Shown: positions 29,214 through 37,758 of the stretch, in pieces
Layout of the letters: each line of letters starts with the position of its first letter
How positions within the stretch are numbered: position 1 is the stretch's first letter
Source of the DNA: Actinomycetes bacterium
Lineage (GTDB): Bacteria > Actinomycetota > Actinomycetes > Propionibacteriales > Propionibacteriaceae
DNA length: 64,000 nt
Direction of reading: 5' to 3'
Assembly (NCBI GenBank): GCA_023460935.1
Contig: JAEWOI010000026.1
Coordinates: 6,803-70,802, forward strand
Translations under genes and position numbers: made by a program
The notes under the pieces: generated by a model
What the model was told of the DNA's origin: nothing
Seen by the model: only the letters and a program-made list of their open reading frames with translations
Database searches by the model: none

Positions 29214-31279
29214 CCGACACCATCACCCCGACCACACCAGAGGCCTGGCACCTCGACCGCACCTCCCGCAACGTGTTGGTCGCGCTCGTGCTGGGCATGT
29301 TCGCCGCAGCGGTCAGCCAGACCATCGTCGGGCCGGCGATGCCGCGGATCGTCGCCGAACTCGGCGGTATGGAGCACTACTCCTGGGTCGCAACGGCGGC
29401 CATGCTGCTCTCGGCCATCACCACTCCCATCGTCGGCAAGCTCTCCGACCTGTACGGCCGGAAGCTGTTCTACCTCGGCGGGCTGGTGGTGTTCATGCTC
29501 GGCGCCGTGATCAGCGCCGCGGCGCCCAGCTTCTGGGTGCTGGTGGCCGGCCGGGCCGTGCAGGGCATCGGCATGGGCACCCTGATGCCGCTGTCCCAGA
29601 CCATCATCGGCGACCTGATCCCGCCCCGCCAGCGGGGCAAGTACCAGGGCTACATGGGTGCTGTGTTCGGCCTCGCCACCGTCGGCGGCCCGCTGCTCGG
29701 AGGCGCCATCACCGACGCCTGGGGCTGGCGCTGGCTGTTCTACGTCGGCCTGCCGATCGGCGTGGTCGCACTGTTCCTGATCGGCAGGTTCATGACCCTG
29801 CCGCACCGGCGCCGCGAGGTGCAGGTCGATGTGGCCGGCATGGTGCTGCTCACCGGCGCCCTCACCGCCATCCTGCTGGCTACGTCCTGGGGCGGCACGA
29901 CCTTCGGCTGGGCCTCGCCGCCGATCCTCGGCCTGTACGCCGCCGGGCTGGTGCTCGCCGTTGCCTTCGGCTTCGTCGAACTGCGCGCCGCCGAGCCCGT
30001 GCTGCCGCTGCACCTGTTCCGCAACCGGCAGTTCACGCTCTCCAACCTGGCAGCGTTCTTCCTTGCCATGGTGATGTTCTCGGTGATGATCTACCTGCCG
30101 GTCTTCGCCCAGGGCGTGATGGGAGTGGGTGCGACCGCTTCCGGGCTGATCCTGATGCCGCTGAACGTCGGCCAGATCCTGATGGGCATCGTCACCGGCA
30201 TCCTGATCACCCGCACCGGCCGCTACAAGGAGTACATGGTGGCCGGGGTGTTCCTGCTGGCGGCAGCCCAGTGGCTGCTGACCAGGCTGGAGTGGCAGTC
30301 CGCACCGTGGCAGGTGGTGGTGCCGATGGTGATCTTCGGCGTCGGGCTCGGCATGGTGCTGCAGCAGTACACCCTCGTGGTGCAGAACGCCGTCGCCAGG
30401 CGCGACCTGGGCGTGGCCACAGCCGCGACCCAGTTCTTCCGCAGCGTTGGCTCAACGGTTGGCATCGCGTTGTCAGGCACCGTGCTGAACAGCGGCCTGC
30501 TCGAGGCGATCCGGGGCTACCTGCCAGCGGACGCCGGCGGTGCGGCGGCCAGCCTCAACGCCGGCTCGGTGCTCGACCCCGCCGCGCTGGCCGCGCTGCC
30601 GCCGGCCGTGGCGCACGCCGTCCGGGCCGGGCTGGCCGGTCAGCTGGTGAACGTCTTCCTGCTCGGCCTGCCGCTGATCCTGCTGATCGGGGTGCTCACC
30701 ATCGCGCTGCGCTCCGTACCGCTGCGCGAGACCGTGCACACCCCTGAGGAGGCCGAGCGCGAACTGCTCGACACCCTCAGCCAGTCGGCCGCCGGTGGCG
30801 ACCTGGTGACCACGCTCTCCGAGGGCAGGGCTTCGCGGACGCGCGAGCGGCTGCTCGGCATCCAGCTGGGCCTCCTCGCGGAGGAGGCCGCGCGGGACGG
30901 CCGTCCGCTGCTGCGCCGGGCGGTGACCGAGGTGGGGGAGGGCGACCTGCAGCGCGGCGTCGACCTGCTCCGCCGCACGAGCCGGATGCTCACCTCCGAG
31001 GACGAAGCCGAGGCCGCTGAAGCCGAGCGGTTCGCCGTCGCGGTCGGGGAGCTCGCCGGACGGCACGGCGGCCTGCTGAGCCGCGACCTGCGGGCCGACA
31101 TCGCAGTGGCGGCCGCGCGCCGGCGACGTCCGGCGCAGACCGTGCTGGCCCGGCCGGAGCCGACGGTGGCGGAGAAGCACGAGGCCGTGGACGTGTCGCG
31201 ATTGCAGGTGGCCGGCAACGAGCTCACCTCTGCACTGCTCGTCGACCTGGTCGGCGCCCGCGACCCGGCGCGGGACTAG
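29210..31279 (+). CDS. DHA2/MDR-family MFS efflux transporter with long C-terminal soluble extension
   Basis: QTIVGPAMP, GKLSDLYGRK, GRAVQGIG, GPLLGG, WRWLFY, AEPVLPLHLF; about 170 extra residues after the last TM. Confidence 0.92.
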   Translation: MTDTITPTTPEAWHLDRTSRNVLVALVLGMFAAAVSQTIVGPAMPRIVAELGGMEHYSWVATAAMLLSAITTPIVGKLSDLYGRKLFYLGGLVVFMLGAVISAAAPSFWVLVAGRAVQGIGMGTLMPLSQTIIGDLIPPRQRGKYQGYMGAVFGLATVGGPLLGGAITDAWGWRWLFYVGLPIGVVALFLIGRFMTLPHRRREVQVDVAGMVLLTGALTAILLATSWGGTTFGWASPPILGLYAAGLVLAVAFGFVELRAAEPVLPLHLFRNRQFTLSNLAAFFLAMVMFSVMIYLPVFAQGVMGVGATASGLILMPLNVGQILMGIVTGILITRTGRYKEYMVAGVFLLAAAQWLLTRLEWQSAPWQVVVPMVIFGVGLGMVLQQYTLVVQNAVARRDLGVATAATQFFRSVGSTVGIALSGTVLNSGLLEAIRGYLPADAGGAAASLNAGSVLDPAALAALPPAVAHAVRAGLAGQLVNVFLLGLPLILLIGVLTIALRSVPLRETVHTPEEAERELLDTLSQSAAGGDLVTTLSEGRASRTRERLLGIQLGLLAEEAARDGRPLLRRAVTEVGEGDLQRGVDLLRRTSRMLTSEDEAEAAEAERFAVAVGELAGRHGGLLSRDLRADIAVAAARRRRPAQTVLARPEPTVAEKHEAVDVSRLQVAGNELTSALLVDLVGARDPARD

Positions 31280-31320
31280 CCGGCCTGCGGTCGCGCTCGC
31301 CGGGCCGCTAGCCTGCGGGC

Positions 31321-32217
31321 GTGACTGACTCCGACCTGCGGCCCGGGCGCGTCCTGGCCGCCCGCGGCCTGGCCTGGCTGCTGGCGATCATTGCTGCGGT
31401 GCCGATGTTCGGCCTGATCGACCTCGGCACGCTGTTCGGCATGTCCGACCCGCGCTATGAGTGGGCGATGTCGCTGGAAGCGAGCTGGGGTGCCCTGTTC
31501 ACCTTCTTCGTCGCAGCCGGCTTCGCCTGGGTCGGGACGCTGCCGGGAAAGCCGTGGCCCGGGCTGGTGCTGGTCTTTCTCGCCGCCGGCGGCCTGGCGC
31601 TGGCCGGCGTCGCCCTCGCCGACGCCGGCCCGCTCTGGGTGGCTCTTGCGCTCGGCTCGGCTGCCGGCGGGCTGCTCCTGCTCCTCCGCCCTGGTCGATC
31701 GGGGACGGTTCCGAACGCGCCAGCCGGCGTTGGTGGCGCGAAAGGAACCGTCCCCGAACAACCCAAACAACATGCCGGCGGTGGCGCGGAAGGAACCGTC
31801 CCCGAACAACCACCTGGCCGCTTTCGGCGGCCGGCGCTCGAGCCGGGGCTGATCGCCCCGGTCCTCGGGGTGCCGCTGTGGCTGGCCTACGCCTGGCTCA
31901 GTTACGGCCCGGCGGTGGCCGGCGTGCCCGGGGACGTGACCAACGGGATCGACCACTGGCCGGTGCAGGTCGCCCTGGGACTGGCCCTGGCCGCCGGCTG
32001 CGTGCTGCTCGCGTACTGGGGCGAGCGGCTCACCCTGTGGCGTTGGGCGTTCGCGGCCTCCGCCGGATTCGTCGCCTACGCCACCCTGGTCTTCCCGGAG
32101 CGCGCGGGCGCGATGCCGCACCCGGCCTGGGGCGTGGCCATCGCCGGTTGGGGCGTGCTGGCGGCGGTACTGCAGCCGCGGCGGCTCAGCCGGGCCCAGC
32201 CCGGACCCCGCGAGTAG
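31321..32217 (+). CDS. Hypothetical integral membrane protein carrying an in-frame repeat insertion
   Basis: About 8 hydrophobic segments; central loop GTVPNAP..KGTVPEQP..EGTVPEQP derives from repeat family B; leaderless TAGCCT-6nt-GTG. Confidence 0.7.
   Translation: MTDSDLRPGRVLAARGLAWLLAIIAAVPMFGLIDLGTLFGMSDPRYEWAMSLEASWGALFTFFVAAGFAWVGTLPGKPWPGLVLVFLAAGGLALAGVALADAGPLWVALALGSAAGGLLLLLRPGRSGTVPNAPAGVGGAKGTVPEQPKQHAGGGAEGTVPEQPPGRFRRPALEPGLIAPVLGVPLWLAYAWLSYGPAVAGVPGDVTNGIDHWPVQVALGLALAAGCVLLAYWGERLTLWRWAFAASAGFVAYATLVFPERAGAMPHPAWGVAIAGWGVLAAVLQPRRLSRAQPGPRE
31699..31811. repeat. REP-like family B (inverted pair plus one direct copy) inside CDS
   Basis: TCGGGGACGGTTCC..TGGCGCGAAAGGAACCGTCCCCGA, then TGGCGCGGAAGGAACCGTCCCCGAACAACC. 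Confidence 0.9.
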
Positions 32218-32292
32218 CGGGGAAGACCGGTCCCGGCCAGGCGGAGTTGGCGGACATCGATCGCCTGGCCGGGACACGCCCGCGGGAGGGGA

Positions 32293-33687
32293 CTACGCGG
32301 GTGTCGACCCGGCGAGCTGGTCGGCCTCGGCCACCAGCTCGCGGGCCAGGTCCTCATTCCACAGCCTGGCCGCGAAGGCCAGGTCGCACACGTTGAACCG
32401 GTTCCTCATCAAGTGGTTGTTGCACAGCGCCCAGATGGTCGGCTCGCGGTCCCCGCCGTCCAGGTCGTCGGCCCGGACCGGCGCCCCGGCGGCGCGCAGC
32501 GCCGTGGCGATGGCTGCCGGGTCGGTGAGGCAGGAGCCGGTGAGGAACTCACGGTGCGTGGCCCAGCCGGCGACGAACCGCTCCACCCGCTCGGCGAACG
32601 CAGGTGTGCTCATCCTGGTCAGCTTCTGCCGGTAGTCCGACCAGCACTCCGTGCCCGACCTGCCGGTGGGATCCATGCGGCTGAACACCGAGCGCACCAG
32701 TCTCTCGGCCTCCTGCTCGCCCAGCACAACCGGACGCGGGAACGTGCCGGCGTCGAGTTCCGCCACGACCCGCCGCCACAGCAGCGACGACCACAGCGTG
32801 GTGACCCCGACCTGTGCCCCGTGCAGGTTGTGCCTGCCCGAGCGTGCCCCTGCCCACATGTCGAGCATGTGCGAGACCGTGTGCTCCATCCCCGAGGACG
32901 GGGCGGTCTGGCGGGCCAGGCCCATCGAGACCCCGCTGAGGGTCAGCAGGGTGCCGAGCAGTTCCAGGTCAGCCGGCTCCGAGCGCCCGATGCCCTCGGC
33001 GGCGGCCAGCATCCGCTCCCCGTGCCGGCGGGCCAGCAGCGCCGCCTCGGCCGACCACTTGTCGTCCATCCCCAGTTCGTTGGCCAGGTACCAGTCGGCG
33101 GGCGCGGTGAACATCGAGATCATGTCGCCCAGCCCCGAGCGGTTGAGCTCGGCCGGGGCCAGGGCAAGGATGTCGGTGTCGACCAGCAGGGTGTCGGCGT
33201 AGGCGGTGTGGGTGGTCCGCTTGACGCCGTTGCGCAGCAGCACGCTCTCGTCGTCGGAGTAGCCGTTCACCGAGGCCGCCGTCTGGACGATGACGTGCGG
33301 CCGGCTACCCGCGGCCACCTTGCCCAGGTCGCTGATCGTCCCCGAGCCGACGGTCACCACCACGTCAGCAGCGGCGCACCCCTGGCTCGCCGCCTCCACC
33401 GCGCGCTCGTCTGCCGTGGTGCTCGCCGGCAGCACCACCTGATCCACCTGCGCTCCGGACGCTTCCAGCCGGGCTCGCGCCCAGGCCTTCAGGTCGCCTT
33501 CCGGGCAGCGGATCGGCGTGGCGTCGCAGAGCAGCGCCACCCGGCCGGGTGCCAGCTCGGCGAGCACCGCGTCCAGCTGGTGGCGCACCCCGGCTCCCAG
33601 CAGGACCCGGCGGGGCCCGGCGCCGCGGGCGGCGTAGGACTCCCAGGTGTCGGGGGTGGCGCTGAGCAGAGGACCCGGAGCGGTCAT
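32293..33687 (-). CDS. sn-glycerol-1-phosphate dehydrogenase-like (AraM/EgsA-like) metal-dependent dehydrogenase
   Basis: VGSGTISDLGK, TAASVNGYS, GLGDMISMFTAPADW, SSGMEHTVSH, LHGAQVG; ATGA overlap with the kinase stop. Confidence 0.85.
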   Translation of the reverse strand: MTAPGPLLSATPDTWESYAARGAGPRRVLLGAGVRHQLDAVLAELAPGRVALLCDATPIRCPEGDLKAWARARLEASGAQVDQVVLPASTTADERAVEAASQGCAAADVVVTVGSGTISDLGKVAAGSRPHVIVQTAASVNGYSDDESVLLRNGVKRTTHTAYADTLLVDTDILALAPAELNRSGLGDMISMFTAPADWYLANELGMDDKWSAEAALLARRHGERMLAAAEGIGRSEPADLELLGTLLTLSGVSMGLARQTAPSSGMEHTVSHMLDMWAGARSGRHNLHGAQVGVTTLWSSLLWRRVVAELDAGTFPRPVVLGEQEAERLVRSVFSRMDPTGRSGTECWSDYRQKLTRMSTPAFAERVERFVAGWATHREFLTGSCLTDPAAIATALRAAGAPVRADDLDGGDREPTIWALCNNHLMRNRFNVCDLAFAARLWNEDLARELVAEADQLAGSTPA

Positions 33688-35168
33688 GCCGCACCGCCGG
33701 CGAAGCTGGTCTCGAGAGCGTCGTAGAGCGTGCGGTACTCCCCGTAGGCCTGCTCGAGCACGTCCTTCATCGCCGGGTCCGGTTCCACGGGCTCGGGAGC
33801 GATCTGGACGACGCCGGACACGCACTCGGTCACGGAACTGAAGATGCCGGCCCCGACCGCGGCCAGCATGGCACCGCCAACGGCCGTCGTCTCCTCTGTG
33901 GTGACCCGGTCGACGGCGCAGCCGGCCAGGGTCGCCTTGGTGGCAAGGGAGAACCCGCTGCGCCGGCCGCCACCGACGATCCGGATGCGGCCGCCAAGGC
34001 CCATCTCGCCCAGCCGGCGGACGATGTCGGTGAAGGCGAAGGCGTTGCCCTCGACCACGGCCCTGGCCAGGTCGGCCGGGGTGTGGTTCATGCCCAGCCC
34101 GTAGAAGGCGCCGCGCATCAGGTCGTTCCATCGCGGGGCCATGGCGCCGGACAGCGCCGGCAGGAAGCGCACCCCGCGCGCGCCGGGCTCTGAGGTCGCG
34201 GCCAGCTCGAACACCCTGGCCTGGGTGCAGCCGAGGAGTTCGGCGAGCCACAGGGTGTTGCCGCCCGAGACGAAGCCGGGGTTCTCGATCAGGAAGTAGT
34301 CGCGGACGGCGTGGGCATGGGTCTCGACCAGGCCGGTCTCGTCGATCAGCGGACGGTCGCTGCCGACGCACACCGGCTCTGCCGTGCCGGCGATGTCGAC
34401 CACGATGTCGCGGGTGACGCCGCCCGCGCCGACGCAGGCCCCGTGCTCGTCACCGGTGCCCACCACCACCTGGCAGGCGGTGGTCAGGCCGAGTGCCTCG
34501 GCGGCATGGGGCAGGAGAGTGCCGACGACCTCGTCCGCGTTGCGGATCTCGGGCATCAGGGAGGCATCGAGCCCGGCGGCGGCGAGCATCTCGGGGGAGT
34601 ACGCCCGGGTGGAGACGTCGTAGAGCAGGGTGGAGGAGGCGTTCGCGTGGTCCTGGGCGACGACGCCGGTCATCCAGGCCAGCAGGTAGCCGCCGACGCT
34701 CGGCATCGAGACCGCGCGTGCGAACAGCTCCGGCTCGTTGCGCTGGAGCCACATGATCTTCGGGCCGGTGTGGGTGGCGTCGATGTTCAGCCCGGTGCGG
34801 GCGAAGGCGGCCTCGGCCCCGACCGTCTGCCGCAGCAGCTCGGCCTCGGCCACTGCGCGCCGGTCGAGCCAGATGATGGCGTCGCGCAGCGGCTGCAGGT
34901 CCTTGTCGATCGGCACGACGCCGTCCACCTGGCTCGCCAGGCCGAGGACGGTCACCTCGCCGGCGTCGATGCCGGCGGTGGCGATGACCTCACGAACGGC
35001 GGAGCTGAGCGCGCGGATGTAGCCTGCCGGTTCCTGGTCGGCCCAGCCGCTGTGCTTGTGGATCATCTGGTACGGGGAGCCGGCCGTGGCGAGGATCTCG
35101 CCCGACGGGGTCAGCACCACTGCCTTGAGTGACTGCGAACCCACGTCGCAGCCGATTGCGTATGGCAT
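33684..35168 (-). CDS. FGGY-family carbohydrate kinase (xylulokinase-like)
   Basis: IGCDVGSQSLK, IIWLDRRA, PKIMWL, DHANASSTLL, GTGDE, FLPALSG, AVVEG, VGGG. Confidence 0.92.
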   Translation of the reverse strand: MPYAIGCDVGSQSLKAVVLTPSGEILATAGSPYQMIHKHSGWADQEPAGYIRALSSAVREVIATAGIDAGEVTVLGLASQVDGVVPIDKDLQPLRDAIIWLDRRAVAEAELLRQTVGAEAAFARTGLNIDATHTGPKIMWLQRNEPELFARAVSMPSVGGYLLAWMTGVVAQDHANASSTLLYDVSTRAYSPEMLAAAGLDASLMPEIRNADEVVGTLLPHAAEALGLTTACQVVVGTGDEHGACVGAGGVTRDIVVDIAGTAEPVCVGSDRPLIDETGLVETHAHAVRDYFLIENPGFVSGGNTLWLAELLGCTQARVFELAATSEPGARGVRFLPALSGAMAPRWNDLMRGAFYGLGMNHTPADLARAVVEGNAFAFTDIVRRLGEMGLGGRIRIVGGGRRSGFSLATKATLAGCAVDRVTTEETTAVGGAMLAAVGAGIFSSVTECVSGVVQIAPEPVEPDPAMKDVLEQAYGEYRTLYDALETSFAGGAA

Positions 35169-35237
35169 TGCTACTCCTGTTGGAAGGTCGAACGGGGCGC
35201 GCGGCCTTGCGCGCACCGGTGACGGAGTTGTTCGGTT

Positions 35238-35957
35238 TCAGAGGTTGGTCTGAGCGCGGCGGTTGAGCCAGAACTCGATGACGTCGGCGACATGCCACTC
35301 GCTGGACAGCATGACGGGAGTGCCGTCGGCCCTGGTGTCGGTCTCCTCGAAGTGCAGCAGCGGCGCACCGACCTCCACGTCCAGCAGCCGGGCGAGGGCT
35401 GCATCGGCGAGGACCGGCTTCAGTTGAGCACGGCCCGCGCTGGGTGCGTAGCCCAGGTCGGCCAACAGGCGGAAGAGCGACCGCACGCGCTTGTTGCGCA
35501 GCGACGGGGGAACGAAGGATGCAGGAATACGGTCGGCGCTGTACACGATCGGGCGGCCGTCCGCGGTGCGAACGCGGGTGACCTCCCAGAGCAGTTCCTT
35601 CGGCTCCAGGTGCAGCAATTCGCTCTCGTTGGGCTGGGCCGGCCGGACGTCTGCCGAGAGGACCGTGATGCCCGGCTCGTGCCCGGCCTCCTCGATCATC
35701 TTGGTGTAGCTCAGCGTCGACTCCAGCGAGTGCTGGTTACCGATCCCCTTGACGTAGGTCCCGCGACCGTGGCGGCGCAGCAGCAGGCCGGACTCGATCA
35801 GGTTGCGGTAGGCCTCTCGGATGGTCGTGCGGCTGACTTCGAGGAGGCGAGCCATTTCCTGCTCGCTGGGCAGCTGGGAACCGGCGGGATAGGTGCCGTC
35901 GGTGATCATGTCCACGATGCGCGCGCGAATAGTGTCCGCAAGTGGTGACCGCGGCAC
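35238..35957 (-). CDS. GntR family regulator, HutC/UTRA subfamily
   Basis: LPSEQEMARLLEVSRTTIREA, RRHGRGTYV, RVRTADGRP; GTG after GAGGAGG (ORF open to ATG 36038). Confidence 0.92.
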   Translation of the reverse strand: MPRSPLADTIRARIVDMITDGTYPAGSQLPSEQEMARLLEVSRTTIREAYRNLIESGLLLRRHGRGTYVKGIGNQHSLESTLSYTKMIEEAGHEPGITVLSADVRPAQPNESELLHLEPKELLWEVTRVRTADGRPIVYSADRIPASFVPPSLRNKRVRSLFRLLADLGYAPSAGRAQLKPVLADAALARLLDVEVGAPLLHFEETDTRADGTPVMLSSEWHVADVIEFWLNRRAQTNL

Positions 35958-36039
35958 TTCGCCTCCTCGGTTCAGAACGACCCTGGCCGATGTGACCGGC
36001 AGCCTGGAAGGCAGCCCGCTGGCCTGCACCTTAAGCATG

Positions 36040-36708
36040 TCAGGCCCGCTCGGCCCAATCCAGCGCGGTCCGTACCTGCCCGGCTACGCCTTCACCGGGC
36101 AGCCGGCCGTCGAAGATCGCCCCGCCGATGGTGAAGGCGCTGGCCCCGGCCCGCTTGAGCCCGGCGATCTGCTCCTGGTTGACGACCGAACCTGCGGCGA
36201 TCACGGGCCCGGCGCTCGCCGCCACCACGGCAGCGGTCAGCTCCAGCGGGTCCACCTCCTGGTGGCGATAGGCCAGCAGGTCCACGCCGCTGACCCCGTC
36301 GAGGGCGGTCAGCCTGGCGGTGTCGGCTGCGATCTCCTCGATCGAGCCCTCCAGCACCGATGGGTGCCCGACGATCCGGCCGGGGAACGGCGCGTAGCTG
36401 ACCCCGCTGCCCGCGAGGAGCGGCAGGGCCTGCTCCGGGTTGGTGCCCCCGAGGATCCAGTCCACGCCGGCGGCGCGACCGGCGGAGACCGAAGCAAGCT
36501 CGGACTCGACCGAGGTGGAGACGACCTCGAGGTAGACGGTCATGCCGGCGGCGTGGGCGGCCTCGGTGAGCGCGCGCTGTTGCTCGGGGGTGGCGCCCAC
36601 GTCCTTGAAGCCGACGTGGGTGAGCCCGGTGTCTTTCACCTCCTCGAGCACGGCGGCCGCGTCGGCAACCGTGCGGTCGTGGTTGGTCAGCATGAAGATG
36701 AAGTCCAC
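36040..36708 (-). CDS. Uncharacterised ribulose-phosphate-binding-type TIM-barrel protein
   Basis: DFIFMLTNHDRTV, VGFKDVG, YLEVVS, GVDLLAYR, IAAGSV, FTIGGAIF (phosphate-binding-like C-terminal loops); RBS GGAGGAG. Confidence 0.75.
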   Translation of the reverse strand: MDFIFMLTNHDRTVADAAAVLEEVKDTGLTHVGFKDVGATPEQQRALTEAAHAAGMTVYLEVVSTSVESELASVSAGRAAGVDWILGGTNPEQALPLLAGSGVSYAPFPGRIVGHPSVLEGSIEEIAADTARLTALDGVSGVDLLAYRHQEVDPLELTAAVVAASAGPVIAAGSVVNQEQIAGLKRAGASAFTIGGAIFDGRLPGEGVAGQVRTALDWAERA

Positions 36709-36726
36709 AGCAAGCTCCTCCAATCA

Positions 36727-36744
36727 AGACGTCAGACGTCTAAC
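36727..36744. promoter_or_regulatory. Putative GntR operator, site 1
   Basis: AGACGTC-A-GACGTCT dyad; contains GTCAGACGTCTAAC, matching site 2. Confidence 0.65.
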
Positions 36745-36804
36745 GTGTGGGCCAAGAGTACGATGTCGGCACTGATCCGGCAATCCCTTTTCGAGAGGAG
36801 CCCG

Positions 36805-37671
36805 ATGTCCACCGCACTTCTGGTCAGCGACCTGGACGGCACGCTGCTGAACTCGTCGAAGTCGGTCACCCCGCGCACGGCAGAGGTGCTCAACCGCTTC
36901 ATCGCCGCTGGGGGCCTGTTCTCGGTTGCGACCGCGCGGATGGCCTACGGGTGCGACCGGCTGCTGGCTCCGCTGGAGCTGCGCCTGCCCGGTGTGGTGA
37001 TGAACGGCGCCGCCCTGTACTCGTTCGACACCGCCACCTATGCCGAGGTGCAGCCGCTGCCCGCGGCTGCTGCCGCCGCGGTCGGCGAGGCCGCCGCCAA
37101 GGCCGGGGCCGGGGCGTTCGTCTACGCCGTGGACGGGGGCCGGATGCGCCTCGGGCACGCCCGTACCGAGGATCTGGAGTGGACCCAGTACAACAGCCGG
37201 CGCGCTCAGGAAGCCCTGCCCCCGTTCACCCTGGTTGGGTTCGAGAACTGGGAACGGCTAGGGGAGTTGGTCTACCTGGCCGTGGTGGGCAGCGACCTGC
37301 AGCTGGCGGCGGTGCGCGAGGCTGTGGCCGGCACACCCGGCCTGTCGGCCCACCCCTACCGCAACATCTACACCGACACCGACTGCCTGGAGTTCTCCAG
37401 CACCACCGCAGGCAAGGAGGCTGCCGTGCGCAGGCTGCAGGCGCTGGTCGGTGCTGAGCGGCTGGTGGTCTTCGGTGACAACCACAACGACGTCGGCATG
37501 ATGGCCATGGCCGACCACAGCCTCGCCCCGCGCGACAGCGTGCCGGAGGCTCTGGCCGTGGCGCACGAGGTGATCGGCGGCAACGACGAGGACGGCGTCG
37601 CCGGGGCTGTGGAGCAGCATTGGCGCGACTGGCTGGCCGGCGGGGAGACCGAAAACCCGCAAAACCTGTAA
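36805..37671 (+). CDS. Cof-type HAD-IIB phosphatase
   Basis: SDLDGTLL, ATAR, MNGA, GKEAA, FGDNHNDVGM, NDEDGVA; RBS GAGGAG. Confidence 0.92.
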   Translation: MSTALLVSDLDGTLLNSSKSVTPRTAEVLNRFIAAGGLFSVATARMAYGCDRLLAPLELRLPGVVMNGAALYSFDTATYAEVQPLPAAAAAAVGEAAAKAGAGAFVYAVDGGRMRLGHARTEDLEWTQYNSRRAQEALPPFTLVGFENWERLGELVYLAVVGSDLQLAAVREAVAGTPGLSAHPYRNIYTDTDCLEFSSTTAGKEAAVRRLQALVGAERLVVFGDNHNDVGMMAMADHSLAPRDSVPEALAVAHEVIGGNDEDGVAGAVEQHWRDWLAGGETENPQNL

Positions 37672-37720
37672 GCCGGAAACCATTGCGCGTGCCCACCGGG
37701 AGTCTTACGCTTCACCTGAT

Positions 37721-37742
37721 CGTCCAACGTTGGACGTCCAAC
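37721..37742. promoter_or_regulatory. Putative GntR operator, site 2
   Basis: Overlapping perfect palindromes CGTCCAACGTTGGACG and GTTGGACGTCCAAC upstream of the permease. Confidence 0.65.
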
Positions 37743-37758
37743 AACTCTGGAGGCACGA

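Noticed and set aside
33688..34371. N-terminal extension of the G1PDH-like ORF (692 aa)
   Set aside because: It overlaps the kinase in another frame and is low-complexity Arg/Pro/Gly; the ATGA-coupled start at 33687 is better.
35893..36804. N-terminal extension of the Cof hydrolase (592-aa ORF)
   Set aside because: It is antisense to the TIM-barrel gene; the real start is ATG 36805 with RBS GAGGAG.
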